The notes below the pieces were generated by a model, which saw nothing but the letters and a program-made list of their open reading frames with translations, made no database searches and was not told the DNA's origin. Positions 19,717-29,663 of a DNA stretch of 64,000 nt are shown piece by piece. Source of the stretch: an uncultured Acetobacteraceae bacterium (GTDB taxonomy: Bacteria; Pseudomonadota; Alphaproteobacteria; Acetobacterales; Acetobacteraceae); the NCBI GenBank assembly GCA_964242565.1, contig CAXTCT010000001.1:500-64499 (forward strand), written 5' to 3'. The translations under genes and the position numbers were made by a program. Positions within the stretch are counted from its first letter, which is position 1; each line of letters opens with the position of its first letter.

Positions 19717-20265
19717 ATGATAAGCTTCTTTTCCGGATGGATTGGCTACGGCGCCGGCATGCAGGCAAACGCCTTGCAGGAGCCAACGGATAACGCCTAT
19801 ATACGGCGCCCAATCCAGTTCTCCGCGCTTCAGAACGGATTGACGTTTGATCTCACAAGCGGAACCGTCGGACCGTCTTCGACTTCCTGGGGTATCCTGA
19901 CCTATGCCGGGCTGTTTGATGCCGTAAATGGAGGCAACCTGCTGGTGTACTTTCCCCTCATGGTTCCAGTTACCGTTGGGGTGGGTGCCACCTATACGAC
20001 AGGCACGAGCAGCAACGTAATATCGGGGCGTGATCTGCGAAATGCTCCAGGCATCCAGGTCTTTCCGGCTGGTACGGTCATCGGCAGTTCTCCCGATGGC
20101 AGGCCGGTCACGGCGAACCTGCCGGTGCAGGTGAGCAACGGTGTGCTGGCAGCGCAAACGGTGACGTTTGGAACGACCGTGACTATGAACACGCTGCCCT
20201 CACAGGCGCCAGCCGTGGGCAGCGGGCAACTCTGGAACAACGGCGGCATCATAACGCTGTCTTGA
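19717..20265 (+). CDS. Putative fibre/decoration virion protein
   Basis: Y.RRPI.F and WG..TYAGLFDAVNGGNLL motif seen in phage minor structural proteins; C-terminal LPS.AP..GSGQLWNNGG. Confidence 0.6.
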   Translation: MISFFSGWIGYGAGMQANALQEPTDNAYIRRPIQFSALQNGLTFDLTSGTVGPSSTSWGILTYAGLFDAVNGGNLLVYFPLMVPVTVGVGATYTTGTSSNVISGRDLRNAPGIQVFPAGTVIGSSPDGRPVTANLPVQVSNGVLAAQTVTFGTTVTMNTLPSQAPAVGSGQLWNNGGIITLS

Positions 20266-20294
20266 CGAGTTGTGCCTTAGGCCTGGAGGTGACC

Positions 20295-20939
20295 ATGGAT
20301 CAGACCGATTTACAGGCGCATATCTCCAAAGGTCTGGCAAAGGCTGCATCGATCATTGGAACGGGGTTGACCCATTACAGACCGCTCACAGCAATGGACC
20401 CGCTGCTGCCTGGCAGCGCCATCGGAACAGTCGCATGCGCGTTCGACGTCAGTGCATCTTTCAAATTCGCCTCACCGACACCCGTGGACCATCCGTTTGT
20501 TCTTCTGCTCGCAGATCCGGGACTGGTACAGGGAGGGGATTACCTGACCGGGACCGACACCTACTTCGTTTCCCGGATCGAGCCGCTGCAGCCCGCCTGG
20601 TGCGTGCTATGTAACATGACGGTCGACATCCTGGACACGGCGCAGTCGAGCGCGCCCGGTGCCAATTCCTATGGTGGCGTGACGAGCGCCAACAACAGCT
20701 TGGTGGCGAGAGGCTGGCCGGTGAGCATGCTTGCAAAGACACGAGGCGAGCAGGATGTAACGAAGCTGCCCACCGATACGCGCTCAGCATTCTTCGAAGT
20801 CTTGATGCCATCAATTCCCGACGTTGCGCTCGGGCTGGGGCTATGCCTGCGAGACTTGAACATGCAGATCTATATCGTCATGAGTTCCCAAACAACCGCC
20901 TACGGATGCAGGCTTATCGTCGGACTAGCGACGACCTGA
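20295..20939 (+). CDS. Putative head-closure/neck protein
   Basis: GGAGGT RBS; beta-rich; lies between head and tail genes. Confidence 0.6.
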   Translation: MDQTDLQAHISKGLAKAASIIGTGLTHYRPLTAMDPLLPGSAIGTVACAFDVSASFKFASPTPVDHPFVLLLADPGLVQGGDYLTGTDTYFVSRIEPLQPAWCVLCNMTVDILDTAQSSAPGANSYGGVTSANNSLVARGWPVSMLAKTRGEQDVTKLPTDTRSAFFEVLMPSIPDVALGLGLCLRDLNMQIYIVMSSQTTAYGCRLIVGLATT

Positions 20940-21027
20940 GGCTTGTCATCCGGAAAGGTTTCTGGGGCTCCGGCTCCAGTAGGCCAGGGGCGAAGCTCTT
21001 GTCCTCAAGGGTCACGGAGATTTTCAT

Positions 21028-22938
21028 TTGGCAGATATTTCTGATGTAGAGGAGGCGTTCTGCGCCCGAATCCTTGCTGCCACCTACCCAACAGGGACAC
21101 AAAACCTCAGCTCCAGTGGGATGCCCATCAAGATCTATCGTGGTTGGCCTGCCAACAAGACGTTGAACGCGGATCTGCTTGCCGGGACACAAACCGTTAC
21201 CGTTTTCAGCCGGCCCAATTCAACCCGCGACACCTCGCGTTACGCACGGACCTGGCGAACAATTTCGCAGACAACGCCTCGATTGATCATCACTGTCGTA
21301 GGTAACACCGCAGTACTGAGTGGCGAGGGCGGCGGAGGACAAACGGTCGGGCTGATCGTGGGCGGGGTTGGTTATGCCTACACCCTCGCGGAGGACGATA
21401 CGCCGGCAACCGCGGCCCAAGCGCTGGGCGCTCTGATTCCGCTGGCTTCCGTATTGGGCACGACGATCACCGTAGCTAACAACGGTTCCCTGCACGGCCG
21501 GGTGGTTGGTAGCGGCACAGCGGAGATGGAAACGCGGCGGCAGGAACAGGGGATCATGGTGTCGGTATGGTGCCCCACACCGGCCGGCCGGGATAATGTC
21601 GCGGCAGCCATCGACAATGCTTTATCGAATATCGACTGGCTGACGCTTTCCGATGGGACCGTTGGGCGCCTGCTCTATCATGGCACGGTGGAAACCGATG
21701 AATCGGAAAGCGCCAATCTTTATAAGCGGAACCTTGATTATACTGTTGAATATCCGACAACGCTTCGCATGTCGGGCGCGCAGATGCTCTTTGGCGTTGG
21801 AACATTGTCCGGCACCGGACCAGAAGCGGGCTTTGGCTGCCTCATGCCTCCGCCGGCGTTGGTTGTGCCTCCACTGGGTGCCATTCGGTTCGATGCCTGG
21901 TATGACCCGGAGAATCTTATCGATCAGCAGTGCGCTGCCGCGCTCTCGCCAAAGGCCTATGAGTTCCGGCTACCATCCAACGCCACTGTTGTGGACGGAC
22001 GCGCCTCATGGCCGTTGGCCACGCAGTCCACGATAGATCTGGAAATATCCGCCGCTGTTCAGGCGGGACTCTCGTTTTGGGCCTTCGACAGCTACTCGCC
22101 GGATGACAGCCTGAGCCTCGCCCTCGGCCTGTATCTTTCCAGCTCAATACGGTCAAAGCTAAAATTTTGTATGCTGGGCCAAAGCTCGAACTGGGGCCAG
22201 GCGGGTGAGGACCAACCATCGCTCTTACGCGACATCGCGATGATGACGCAGCCGGGCTACATGACGGTGATGGGGGGGCGCCCGCTTTATCTGGTTATGG
22301 ACGCCTCGGCGGCACAGGAGGCCGGCCTGCCTTCCGGGGGTGTGGCTGCAGCCATCGCCTTGGTGAGGAGCCGGGTCCAGGCGGCAGGTGGTGGCAACCC
22401 TTATATTGTATGGCTGTCTGGCACCGGATTGGCTGATTATTCAAACATTCAGGCTGCGCAGATATCTGGCGCGGATGCTGCCGGAGCCTATTGCGTGCCA
22501 CATCTTAACGGCGCCATACAACCGTTCAGCTCCCTATCGCAATTAGCCCAGATGGACTGGGCCGCTCGCGTCGCGTCCGGTTTTCCGATGATCCCGACAG
22601 CCATGACCGGCTGGGATCAAAGGCCGCTGATCGCCAACCCGCAGCCTTTCTATCCTATCTCCAGCAGCCTTTCGATGGAGAACTACTACGAGACAGCGCA
22701 GGGCGATGCGATAGGATCGCATATCGTCAGTCTGATCGAGGCCATCAACGCAAATCCGACCGCATGCCCCGCTCAGATCGGGTTGATCTATGCCTGGAAC
22801 GAGCTGGCAGAAGGCGGTTGGCTCATGCCGACCTATACATCGACCGGCCCGGACCTCAGCCGTGTGGCGGCCCTAGCGGGCGCAATCTCCGCCGCTGTAA
22901 CCGCATCCGCGATACCCGACATCGCTCTGATCAAATGA
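21028..22938 (+). CDS. Tail-terminator-like neck protein fused to a GH99/WbsX-like glycoside hydrolase domain
   Basis: N-terminal ~260 aa (IYRGWP, RRQEQ...VSVWCPTP..RD, LYKRNL.Y.VEYPT); C-terminal barrel with AGLSFWAFDSY, GRPL, TGWDQRP, YAWNELAEGGW. Confidence 0.75.
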   Translation: MADISDVEEAFCARILAATYPTGTQNLSSSGMPIKIYRGWPANKTLNADLLAGTQTVTVFSRPNSTRDTSRYARTWRTISQTTPRLIITVVGNTAVLSGEGGGGQTVGLIVGGVGYAYTLAEDDTPATAAQALGALIPLASVLGTTITVANNGSLHGRVVGSGTAEMETRRQEQGIMVSVWCPTPAGRDNVAAAIDNALSNIDWLTLSDGTVGRLLYHGTVETDESESANLYKRNLDYTVEYPTTLRMSGAQMLFGVGTLSGTGPEAGFGCLMPPPALVVPPLGAIRFDAWYDPENLIDQQCAAALSPKAYEFRLPSNATVVDGRASWPLATQSTIDLEISAAVQAGLSFWAFDSYSPDDSLSLALGLYLSSSIRSKLKFCMLGQSSNWGQAGEDQPSLLRDIAMMTQPGYMTVMGGRPLYLVMDASAAQEAGLPSGGVAAAIALVRSRVQAAGGGNPYIVWLSGTGLADYSNIQAAQISGADAAGAYCVPHLNGAIQPFSSLSQLAQMDWAARVASGFPMIPTAMTGWDQRPLIANPQPFYPISSSLSMENYYETAQGDAIGSHIVSLIEAINANPTACPAQIGLIYAWNELAEGGWLMPTYTSTGPDLSRVAALAGAISAAVTASAIPDIALIK

Positions 22939-22948
22939 TGGAAAATCC

Positions 22949-23134
22949 ATGACAGTCGCTCCTTCGAACGCCCTCGTCGTGTTGCACGCATTCGGACCCT
23001 ATTCTCGGGGCGAGATAGTGACCGATCCCGCCACCATCTCCGCCATCATGAGCGGTGGCCATGCGTCCATGGTCATACCGACACAGGTCCTACCGCATTA
23101 CCCGGGCGGCACAACAACCGGAGAGGAGCACTGA
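22949..23134 (+). CDS. Small hypothetical protein preceding the sheath
   Basis: LVV...FGPYSRGE.VTD motif; fills the gap and carries the sheath RBS. Confidence 0.6.
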   Translation: MTVAPSNALVVLHAFGPYSRGEIVTDPATISAIMSGGHASMVIPTQVLPHYPGGTTTGEEH

Positions 23135-23137
23135 AAG

Positions 23138-24715
23138 ATGGCACAGATCACCCAGGCCGGAGCCCTTAACAGCACGGCACTCGTGGTTCCCGATCTATAT
23201 GTCCAGATAGCTTCGCCGCAGACATTAAGCCTGAATGGAGCGCCCACCAACCTGCTGGGGCTAGTAGGCTCCGCCAGTTGGGGCCCGGTTAACCAACCGG
23301 TCGTGTTCGGTACGCTCGCAGATTTTAACCGCGCCTTTGGGCCCGTGCTGGTGCGCCAATTCGACCTTGGTACGCAAGTCGCCTGCGCGGTACAGCAGGG
23401 CGCCACGACGATGGTTGGTGTACGTGTGACGGATGGTACGGAAGTCGCGGCGAATTATGCTCTGCTGTATAGCAGCAGCACAAGTAGCTATCCGCTTCTG
23501 TTGATCGCCAATTACACCGGAAGCCGGGGCAACCAGATCGGGCTGACGCTTACGCAAGGATCCAGATCGGGAAGCTGGAAGCTGGTGCTGCAGATGCCAG
23601 GAAACTTGGCAGAGGTCTTCGACAATATCGACGCCACCGCCGGCAATCCGAGCTTCTGGGCGAACGTCGCGCAAGCCGTCAACAGTGGTACGGGTCCGCT
23701 CAGAGGCCCATCTGAACTCTGCGTCGCATCTCTGGGATACGGCACGACTACTCCCCCTCAACTGATCGCGAACCAGGCCCTCCTGGGAGGCTCCGACGGC
23801 GTTCAGGGGCTCGTGGCTGCGACTCTGGCCGGCAGCGACGGCGTAGTTCGGACAGGCATGTATGCCTTGCGCGGGCAGGGTTGTGCCGTCGCTCTGCTAG
23901 CCGACTGCGATGATCCGACACAATGGAGCCAGATGAGCAGCTTCGGCCTGTCCGAAGGTGCCTACATGATTACCTGCGGACCCAGTGGAGATACCATTGC
24001 ATCCGCAGTCCAAGCCAAGCAAGCGACCGGCGTCGACTCCTACGGCATTAAGATCCTGTTTGGCGACTGGCTTTACTGGTACGACGATGCGAACAGCCAG
24101 ACGCGCCTGGTCAGCCCGCTGGGCCTTGTGGCGGGGTGCCTTTCCAATCTCTCTCCGGAACAGTCAACGCTGAACAAGCGACTGAGCGGCATCATCGGTA
24201 GCCAGAAAAGTGGGCTGGCCACCAGTGGCCAGGCATCGGCCTATTCGTCCGCCGAGCTTCAGACGCTTTTCTCGGCAGGCATCGACGTCGTTTGCAATCC
24301 CGCGCCTGGAGGCTCGTACTGGGCGGTACGGTGCGGACACAACAGTTCGACCAATCCACTCGTTGCAACGGATTCCTACACGCGGATGACGAACTTCATC
24401 GCCAAGACACTCGCCTCGGGAATGGGACTCTATGTCGGCAACGTTATCAACTCCTCGTTGTTGTCCAACGTGAGGGCGACGCTCCTTGGTTTTCTGTCGA
24501 ACCTGCTGGGACAGGGGATCCTTGGTAGCTTGGACGGATCGCTGCCTTATGCCGTCGTGTGCGGTGCCTCCAATAATCCGCCGAGCCGGACGGCGCTGGG
24601 GTATGTCCAGGCCGATGTGCAGGTCCAGTATCAGGGGATCAACGAGAAATTCATCGTCAACCTGCAGGGTGGCCAGGGCGTCTCGGTGACGACGGCGCAA
24701 AATACCACCGGCTGA
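23138..24715 (+). CDS. Contractile tail sheath protein
   Basis: VPDLYVQI, GLVGSASWGPVN.P, Y.GSRGN, LLGGSDG, C-terminal N....ALG..QADV.V. Confidence 0.92.
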   Translation: MAQITQAGALNSTALVVPDLYVQIASPQTLSLNGAPTNLLGLVGSASWGPVNQPVVFGTLADFNRAFGPVLVRQFDLGTQVACAVQQGATTMVGVRVTDGTEVAANYALLYSSSTSSYPLLLIANYTGSRGNQIGLTLTQGSRSGSWKLVLQMPGNLAEVFDNIDATAGNPSFWANVAQAVNSGTGPLRGPSELCVASLGYGTTTPPQLIANQALLGGSDGVQGLVAATLAGSDGVVRTGMYALRGQGCAVALLADCDDPTQWSQMSSFGLSEGAYMITCGPSGDTIASAVQAKQATGVDSYGIKILFGDWLYWYDDANSQTRLVSPLGLVAGCLSNLSPEQSTLNKRLSGIIGSQKSGLATSGQASAYSSAELQTLFSAGIDVVCNPAPGGSYWAVRCGHNSSTNPLVATDSYTRMTNFIAKTLASGMGLYVGNVINSSLLSNVRATLLGFLSNLLGQGILGSLDGSLPYAVVCGASNNPPSRTALGYVQADVQVQYQGINEKFIVNLQGGQGVSVTTAQNTTG

Positions 24716-24773
24716 CCAACTGCACCGTGGTTTTCGACATCCAGCAATCCGACGTGAGAGACAGGATTAATTC

Positions 24774-25199
24774 GTGGGCAATCCATACAGCATAGGGCGC
24801 GACTGTCAGGTCGTGCTGCTCTGGAACGGCATCCGCATCGACTTACGCGATGTGATCGGTTTTTCGGCACAACAGCAGGTCAAGTTGCAAAGATCGGATC
24901 CGCTGAACAGCGTGCCGATCGAATTTAACACGCCGGCCGGCTGGCGTGGCCAGTTCCATGTCGACCGCGGGTCATCGGCGCTGGATGATCTGATTGCGGC
25001 CATAGAATCCGCATTCTGGAACAACGGGGTAATTGGGTCCGGCACGATCTATCAGTATCTCAACGAGGCTGACGGTTCGGTCAGCACCTATGAATTTATC
25101 GGGGTGGCGCTAACTTTCACGGACTCGGGTCACTACAAGGCCGAGAACATCGTCACGCAGACCGTTAGCTTCTTTGCCAGCCAAAGAAACAGGATCTGA
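24774..25199 (+). CDS. Tail tube protein
   Basis: 141 aa beta-rich protein directly after the sheath; GTG start. Confidence 0.8.
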   Translation: MGNPYSIGRDCQVVLLWNGIRIDLRDVIGFSAQQQVKLQRSDPLNSVPIEFNTPAGWRGQFHVDRGSSALDDLIAAIESAFWNNGVIGSGTIYQYLNEADGSVSTYEFIGVALTFTDSGHYKAENIVTQTVSFFASQRNRI

Positions 25200-25201
25200 G
25201 C

Positions 25202-25522
25202 ATGCTTCCTCCCGAAATAGACGTGGCGGACGGACGGCGTTTCACGCTTCGCGAAGCCAATCCGGCTGACATGCTGGATCTAATCGAGGCGGCAGGAAGT
25301 GCCGCGTCGTCCGGCGCGTGGATGCGTTACGCGCTGATGATCTGCTCTGTCAGCGCAATCGATGGAAAACCCATTTTGATGCCACTGACCAAAAACGCCG
25401 TGCGCGAACTCGCGAGGCGGATCGGCAACGCCGGCATGGAGGCGTTGGCCCGTGTGCATTATCCGGAGGAAGCCGACGAGGGAACGGCGTCGAGCGCCGC
25501 GATCGATACCGCAAAAAACTGA
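25202..25522 (+). CDS. Tail assembly chaperone (G-like)
   Basis: Follows the tube; ends GCA AAA AAC TGA. Confidence 0.8.
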   Translation: MLPPEIDVADGRRFTLREANPADMLDLIEAAGSAASSGAWMRYALMICSVSAIDGKPILMPLTKNAVRELARRIGNAGMEALARVHYPEEADEGTASSAAIDTAKN

Positions 25523-25695
25523 GCAGGCACTCCTTGCTGATGCAGATATTGTATCTTGCGCGCAACGGAGTGCCGTGGTCCGAAATCATGACAATGTCGG
25601 CCGAGCGGCGCCTTGCTTGCTGCGTGGCGCTTGGCGAAATAGATGGCGGGATGTTCGACTGGTCCACCATGAAATGGACGGTCCTGCCTGGTTGA
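25513..25695 (+). CDS. -1 frameshift extension of the tail assembly chaperone (GT-like)
   Basis: Slippery heptamer A AAA AAC at 25513-25519; the -1 frame reads KLSRHSLLMQILYLARNGVPW...FDW.TMKW to the stop at 25695. Confidence 0.75.
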   Translation, partial: KKLSRHSLLMQILYLARNGVPWSEIMTMSAERRLACCVALGEIDGGMFDWSTMKWTVLPG

Positions 25696-25728
25696 TTGGC
25701 GGTTGTGGCTGGGATGAAGGAGGGCGGA

Positions 25729-27027
25729 ATGAAATCGACTGTCCGCTGGCATGAGCGTGCCGTCTCGGGCGCACTCGCGGCATCGTCGGGGCATCTGGCC
25801 CTGGAACGCTGCGTGGTTCGTGCCCGCCATCAGCGCCAGGATGGTCGATCGCTGCCGGCCGGCCTGTCTGCGGTTCTGCGGGACCGGGAGAATCCCGTCT
25901 CGGGCGTTCCAGTCGGGTATGGCATGACCGTGACCACGGCGGGTGGTGAACAGCATCTCAAGATTGATTATGCGGCGCCGAAGCATGCCGGGGCGGAACC
26001 CATTGATGGGCCTGACGACAAGCCTGCCGCCTCAAGGACCGGATTAAAATTCGCCGCTTCCAATGAGCGCGGCAACGGATCGTTCCGACAAGGCCTTGTC
26101 GCCGGAACAGAGAATGGCGGTATTGGCCTGAGTGGCCGGGACGCCGCAATGCCGCCGAAAGCATTGGTTGTGGTCGAACGCGTGATGTCCAAGATGGCCC
26201 CGATAAGTAAGGTTTTTCCAGGGTTCGGTACGGGAGATCCGGCCGCAGCTGATCCTTTGTCGGCGGTCCTGCCCGGTCGCGAAAAGCTACTCTTGGCCAA
26301 GGGAGCGGCGCACGAGACCCCAAACTCCAGGGCCATGGTCACCGGTCCCGTTCTTGGCGTGGCGGGACTGTCGGAGGCCATGGCGGACGAGCAAGGCGGG
26401 GTGTCACCTGTTGCCCGAGTAGTAGCCGTTTCGACAGTTTCCGGGCAAGAGGGGCGCAAGCGTCCGGGTCAGGCATCGCACGTTACGACCGTTGCCACGC
26501 GGTCAAGTCCGCTTGTTGCTGCCGCCGGAAACCACACTACTCCGTTGCCGCGGTTCAATCTCCCGATCGACCGTGTTTTGAACGGAGGCTTAGATTCGCC
26601 GCAATCTACTCCGAGCTCCACTTTGGCGGGGCTGGGCGCGGGATTAAACGTTGACCGATTTCATGATCCGGCGATGGCAGGACAGGACGTCGTTCCACGT
26701 CGAGTTGGAAGCCCGGTTCAGGAGAGCATGAAAATGAAGAATCGAGGTGTCGCTCGTCGGGAGGAAGCGAGAGCAAAATCGGATTATGTTGACGAACCGG
26801 GCAGGGCCGGTTCTGCCACGCGCAGCTCGAGCGGGCCCGGAGCCGCGCCGGCTTCTCAACCGGGGACGGTGGTTAGCTTGCGAGGGGACGTGATGATGGA
26901 CGGCCGGAAGATGGGTCGCCTGGTGGCGGTTGGACAAACCAGCGCTGCCAGCCTGCCTACCGTGTCTGGCTCAGCCATCAATCTACGGGCACTACCGATT
27001 TTTGCTGGAACGAGTGCCGCACTATGA
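25729..27027 (+). CDS. Short, atypical tape-measure-like protein
   Basis: Canonical position after the chaperones; AAGGAGG RBS before ATG 25729; C-terminal GDVMMDGRKMG typical of tape-measure ends; the rest is Pro/Gly/Ala-rich. Confidence 0.55.
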   Translation: MKSTVRWHERAVSGALAASSGHLALERCVVRARHQRQDGRSLPAGLSAVLRDRENPVSGVPVGYGMTVTTAGGEQHLKIDYAAPKHAGAEPIDGPDDKPAASRTGLKFAASNERGNGSFRQGLVAGTENGGIGLSGRDAAMPPKALVVVERVMSKMAPISKVFPGFGTGDPAAADPLSAVLPGREKLLLAKGAAHETPNSRAMVTGPVLGVAGLSEAMADEQGGVSPVARVVAVSTVSGQEGRKRPGQASHVTTVATRSSPLVAAAGNHTTPLPRFNLPIDRVLNGGLDSPQSTPSSTLAGLGAGLNVDRFHDPAMAGQDVVPRRVGSPVQESMKMKNRGVARREEARAKSDYVDEPGRAGSATRSSSGPGAAPASQPGTVVSLRGDVMMDGRKMGRLVAVGQTSAASLPTVSGSAINLRALPIFAGTSAAL

Positions 27028-27854
27028 GTGGCATGTCGGGGCTTGGACTGCTCGACGCGCTGCTGATCGGGCTGGATCAGGCGCCGGTCATCCTGGGTCA
27101 GGTAGTTTTCGAAGGATACGAGGTACCTTCACGGATCAGCATAGGCGGCGCCCACGCTGTCACGATTCACAAGCTTCCTGGCGGCGGCCGCATCATCGAT
27201 GCCATGGGCGTCGACAACGGCGCCATCTCCTGGAGCGGGTTCTTCACGGGACCCTCCGCGGCTGCACGTGCGCGCCTCGTCGATGCGATGCGCCAGGGGG
27301 GACAACTTGTTGGACTAAGTTTCAGTGACTACGCTTTCAATGTGGTAGTGGTGCATTTCGAATATGATCTACAGGATCGCGGCGCGCTCATCTCATACCG
27401 GATCCGCACGGAAATTGTCCCGGATGCCGGCGCCGCCGGTGGCGATACCGCAATTTTCTTTGAAGCGGCTGTTTCGAATGATGTCGGTGCCGCAGTTGCT
27501 GCGGTCGCTGGCTTTGGCCTGACCGAGGTGCAGACGGCACTTGCGGGTGTGCAGGCAGGTTTGGCACTGCCTGGAGAGCCCAGCTCGGTGGTCAGGCTGG
27601 CAGCGATAGGTGCGGCGCTGCAGGTCGGTGGAAGTGCGCTGAGGAGCAGCATCCTTACATCGGGCAGCAGCCTCCAGGCGGCGCCCACAGGTGAAGGCCT
27701 TGGAATTTACAGCGCTGCAGGGCTGACTGGCAGCGTCGCCGCTGCCGGATCGCTGGCGGGTGCCGCGCAGGCAGCAGGCTATGTCAACCGAAGCAATAGC
27801 TGGCTGGGCCAGCTTGCAGGACAATCTCAACGGGCACCCCTGATCTACGCGTGA
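27024..27854 (+). CDS. Tail tube initiator (P2 gpU-like)
   Basis: LG...F..YEVP..I..GG....IHKLPGGGR.ID.MG....ISWSG. Confidence 0.75.
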   Translation: MSGMSGLGLLDALLIGLDQAPVILGQVVFEGYEVPSRISIGGAHAVTIHKLPGGGRIIDAMGVDNGAISWSGFFTGPSAAARARLVDAMRQGGQLVGLSFSDYAFNVVVVHFEYDLQDRGALISYRIRTEIVPDAGAAGGDTAIFFEAAVSNDVGAAVAAVAGFGLTEVQTALAGVQAGLALPGEPSSVVRLAAIGAALQVGGSALRSSILTSGSSLQAAPTGEGLGIYSAAGLTGSVAAAGSLAGAAQAAGYVNRSNSWLGQLAGQSQRAPLIYA

Positions 27855-27861
27855 GGCAGTA

Positions 27862-28047
27862 ATGGGCATGATCCGCGTGACAAATACGACCCTCTTCCAT
27901 GTTGCGGCGCAGGAGTTAGGCGACGCAACCCAGTGGAACCGGATCGCTGTTCTGAACGGTCTGAGCGATCCGGTTCTGCAAGGTGTCGTCGAGCTTCTTT
28001 TACCGCCCTACGATCTCAGTGCGACTGGAGGATTGCCGGAACAATGA
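27862..28047 (+). CDS. LysM/tail X-like baseplate protein
   Basis: TLFHVAAQELGDATQWNRIA.LNGL.DP. Confidence 0.85.
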   Translation: MGMIRVTNTTLFHVAAQELGDATQWNRIAVLNGLSDPVLQGVVELLLPPYDLSATGGLPEQ

Positions 28048-29123
28048 CAACCTATCCGGCGGAGAATTTTCGACGCCCACGCTGCCGTCTGCTTGTGTCC
28101 GGCAACGTGATCGATGGCTGCCACTCGATCGAACTGTCGACCAGCAATCTTGGGCAGGCCGGGAGCTTCTTCGTCCAGCTGGCGAGCGGGGGTGGCCAGA
28201 CAAGCACCGGCAGCGTTTGGTCGGACGAGGATACGATCGACGTGAGCATACAGCTGGGATTCCTGCCGCTCGGCATGCCGGAAGGGGCCCTGAGTTGGCA
28301 GGAGATGATGTCTGGACGCGTTGATCGCCTCTGCCTAGATCCGGTGAGCGGCACGATGACGCTTGAGGGCCGCGATTATGCGGCGCGGCTGTTGGACATG
28401 CCTGTGACCGAGAGCTTCCTGAACTGCACGAGCAGCGAGGTAGCGCAACAACTTGCGGACCGCTGTGGATTATCTACGTCGATCAACCAGACCGTATCGA
28501 TGGTTGGCCAATACTACCAGATCGAACATGCCCGAACCTCGCTCAGCCGGTTTTCCCGCTTCGGGACGGCGTGGGATCTGCTGTCCAACCTCGCACAGCT
28601 CGAGCAGTTCGATCTTTGGGTGGAGGGGACGACGCTGCATTTCCAAGCCGCGTCATCAGCTGGTAGCACGCTCCGACATATCGATTTCCGGCCGGGCGAT
28701 CGGGACAATGCTTCACCCACCTTGAACGTGACCAGGCTTTCCGTTCAGCGGTCGCTGGCAATGGCGGGCGGTGTGCCGGTATCCGTATCGAGCTGGAACA
28801 GCCGTCAGCGAAAGCGCGTGGTTGCGCGATCGGGAGACGCCTCGAACAGCTTGGCGGCGGCAATCAACGTTGTGCGCCCCAATCTCCTGCCAGACACGGC
28901 GCAAATTCTTGCCGATGGCGTCTATGGTCAGACTTCGGGCCATGAACGAACTTTAAGCGCCACCATGCCCGGTGATCTTGTTCTGTCACCACGTGACGCT
29001 CTTCTAGTGACCGGTATCGGTACGAGCTGGGACGGCTATTATCGCGTGGACAGCGTTGATCGAGAGATGACGTTGTCCAGCGGCTTTACGCAACGATTCA
29101 CCGCAAAAACGGTGTCAGACTGA
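28044..29123 (+). CDS. Baseplate hub protein (gpD/late control-like)
   Basis: ATGA overlap with the upstream gene; G.VD......GTMTLEGRD, WDLL..LA, PGD..L.P, Y.V..V. Confidence 0.82.
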   Translation: MTTYPAENFRRPRCRLLVSGNVIDGCHSIELSTSNLGQAGSFFVQLASGGGQTSTGSVWSDEDTIDVSIQLGFLPLGMPEGALSWQEMMSGRVDRLCLDPVSGTMTLEGRDYAARLLDMPVTESFLNCTSSEVAQQLADRCGLSTSINQTVSMVGQYYQIEHARTSLSRFSRFGTAWDLLSNLAQLEQFDLWVEGTTLHFQAASSAGSTLRHIDFRPGDRDNASPTLNVTRLSVQRSLAMAGGVPVSVSSWNSRQRKRVVARSGDASNSLAAAINVVRPNLLPDTAQILADGVYGQTSGHERTLSATMPGDLVLSPRDALLVTGIGTSWDGYYRVDSVDREMTLSSGFTQRFTAKTVSD

Positions 29124-29133
29124 GGAAAGAGAG

Positions 29134-29661
29134 ATGCGGAGCTGGATAGAGTCCGTCAAGCTGCACTCGGCGGTCCATGCGACAGCAACAGGTCAGCCGA
29201 AGCACGGCATCGTCACCAGCGTCGATCCGGTCAATCATGCCGTTAAAGTCACCATCGAGCCGGACGGGGTCGAAAGCGGCTGGATCCCTGATGGTGCGGT
29301 TGCCGCCGGCGGCTTGAAGATTGCCTGCCCCAGCGAGGTCGGGACGCAGGTCCTGCTCGTGGCTGTCGAAGGAGATTCCGAACATCCGATCCTGGTTGCA
29401 CGGTTGTTCGATACCGTCTCCACCCCTCCGATCAGCCCGGCGAGTTCGCAACCTGTCCAGGCCGGGGAAATCGGAATCTTCCTCGCCGGGGGAGTGTATC
29501 TGCACATGATGCAGGACGGCATCCATCTCGGCGGCAACCTGATGATTAATGGATCGGTGACAGCAACGGCGGACATTGTATCGGGCAGCATCAGCATGCA
29601 ACAGCATGTGCATTCCGAGGTGCAGTCCGGAAGCGGCATCTCGGGCCCACCGAAGGGTTGA
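29134..29661 (+). CDS. Baseplate spike (gpV-like)
   Basis: OB-fold GIVTSVDP...VKV....ESGWIP, P..GTQV; C-terminal HVH metal-binding tip. Confidence 0.9.
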   Translation: MRSWIESVKLHSAVHATATGQPKHGIVTSVDPVNHAVKVTIEPDGVESGWIPDGAVAAGGLKIACPSEVGTQVLLVAVEGDSEHPILVARLFDTVSTPPISPASSQPVQAGEIGIFLAGGVYLHMMQDGIHLGGNLMINGSVTATADIVSGSISMQQHVHSEVQSGSGISGPPKG

Positions 29662-29663
29662 AC

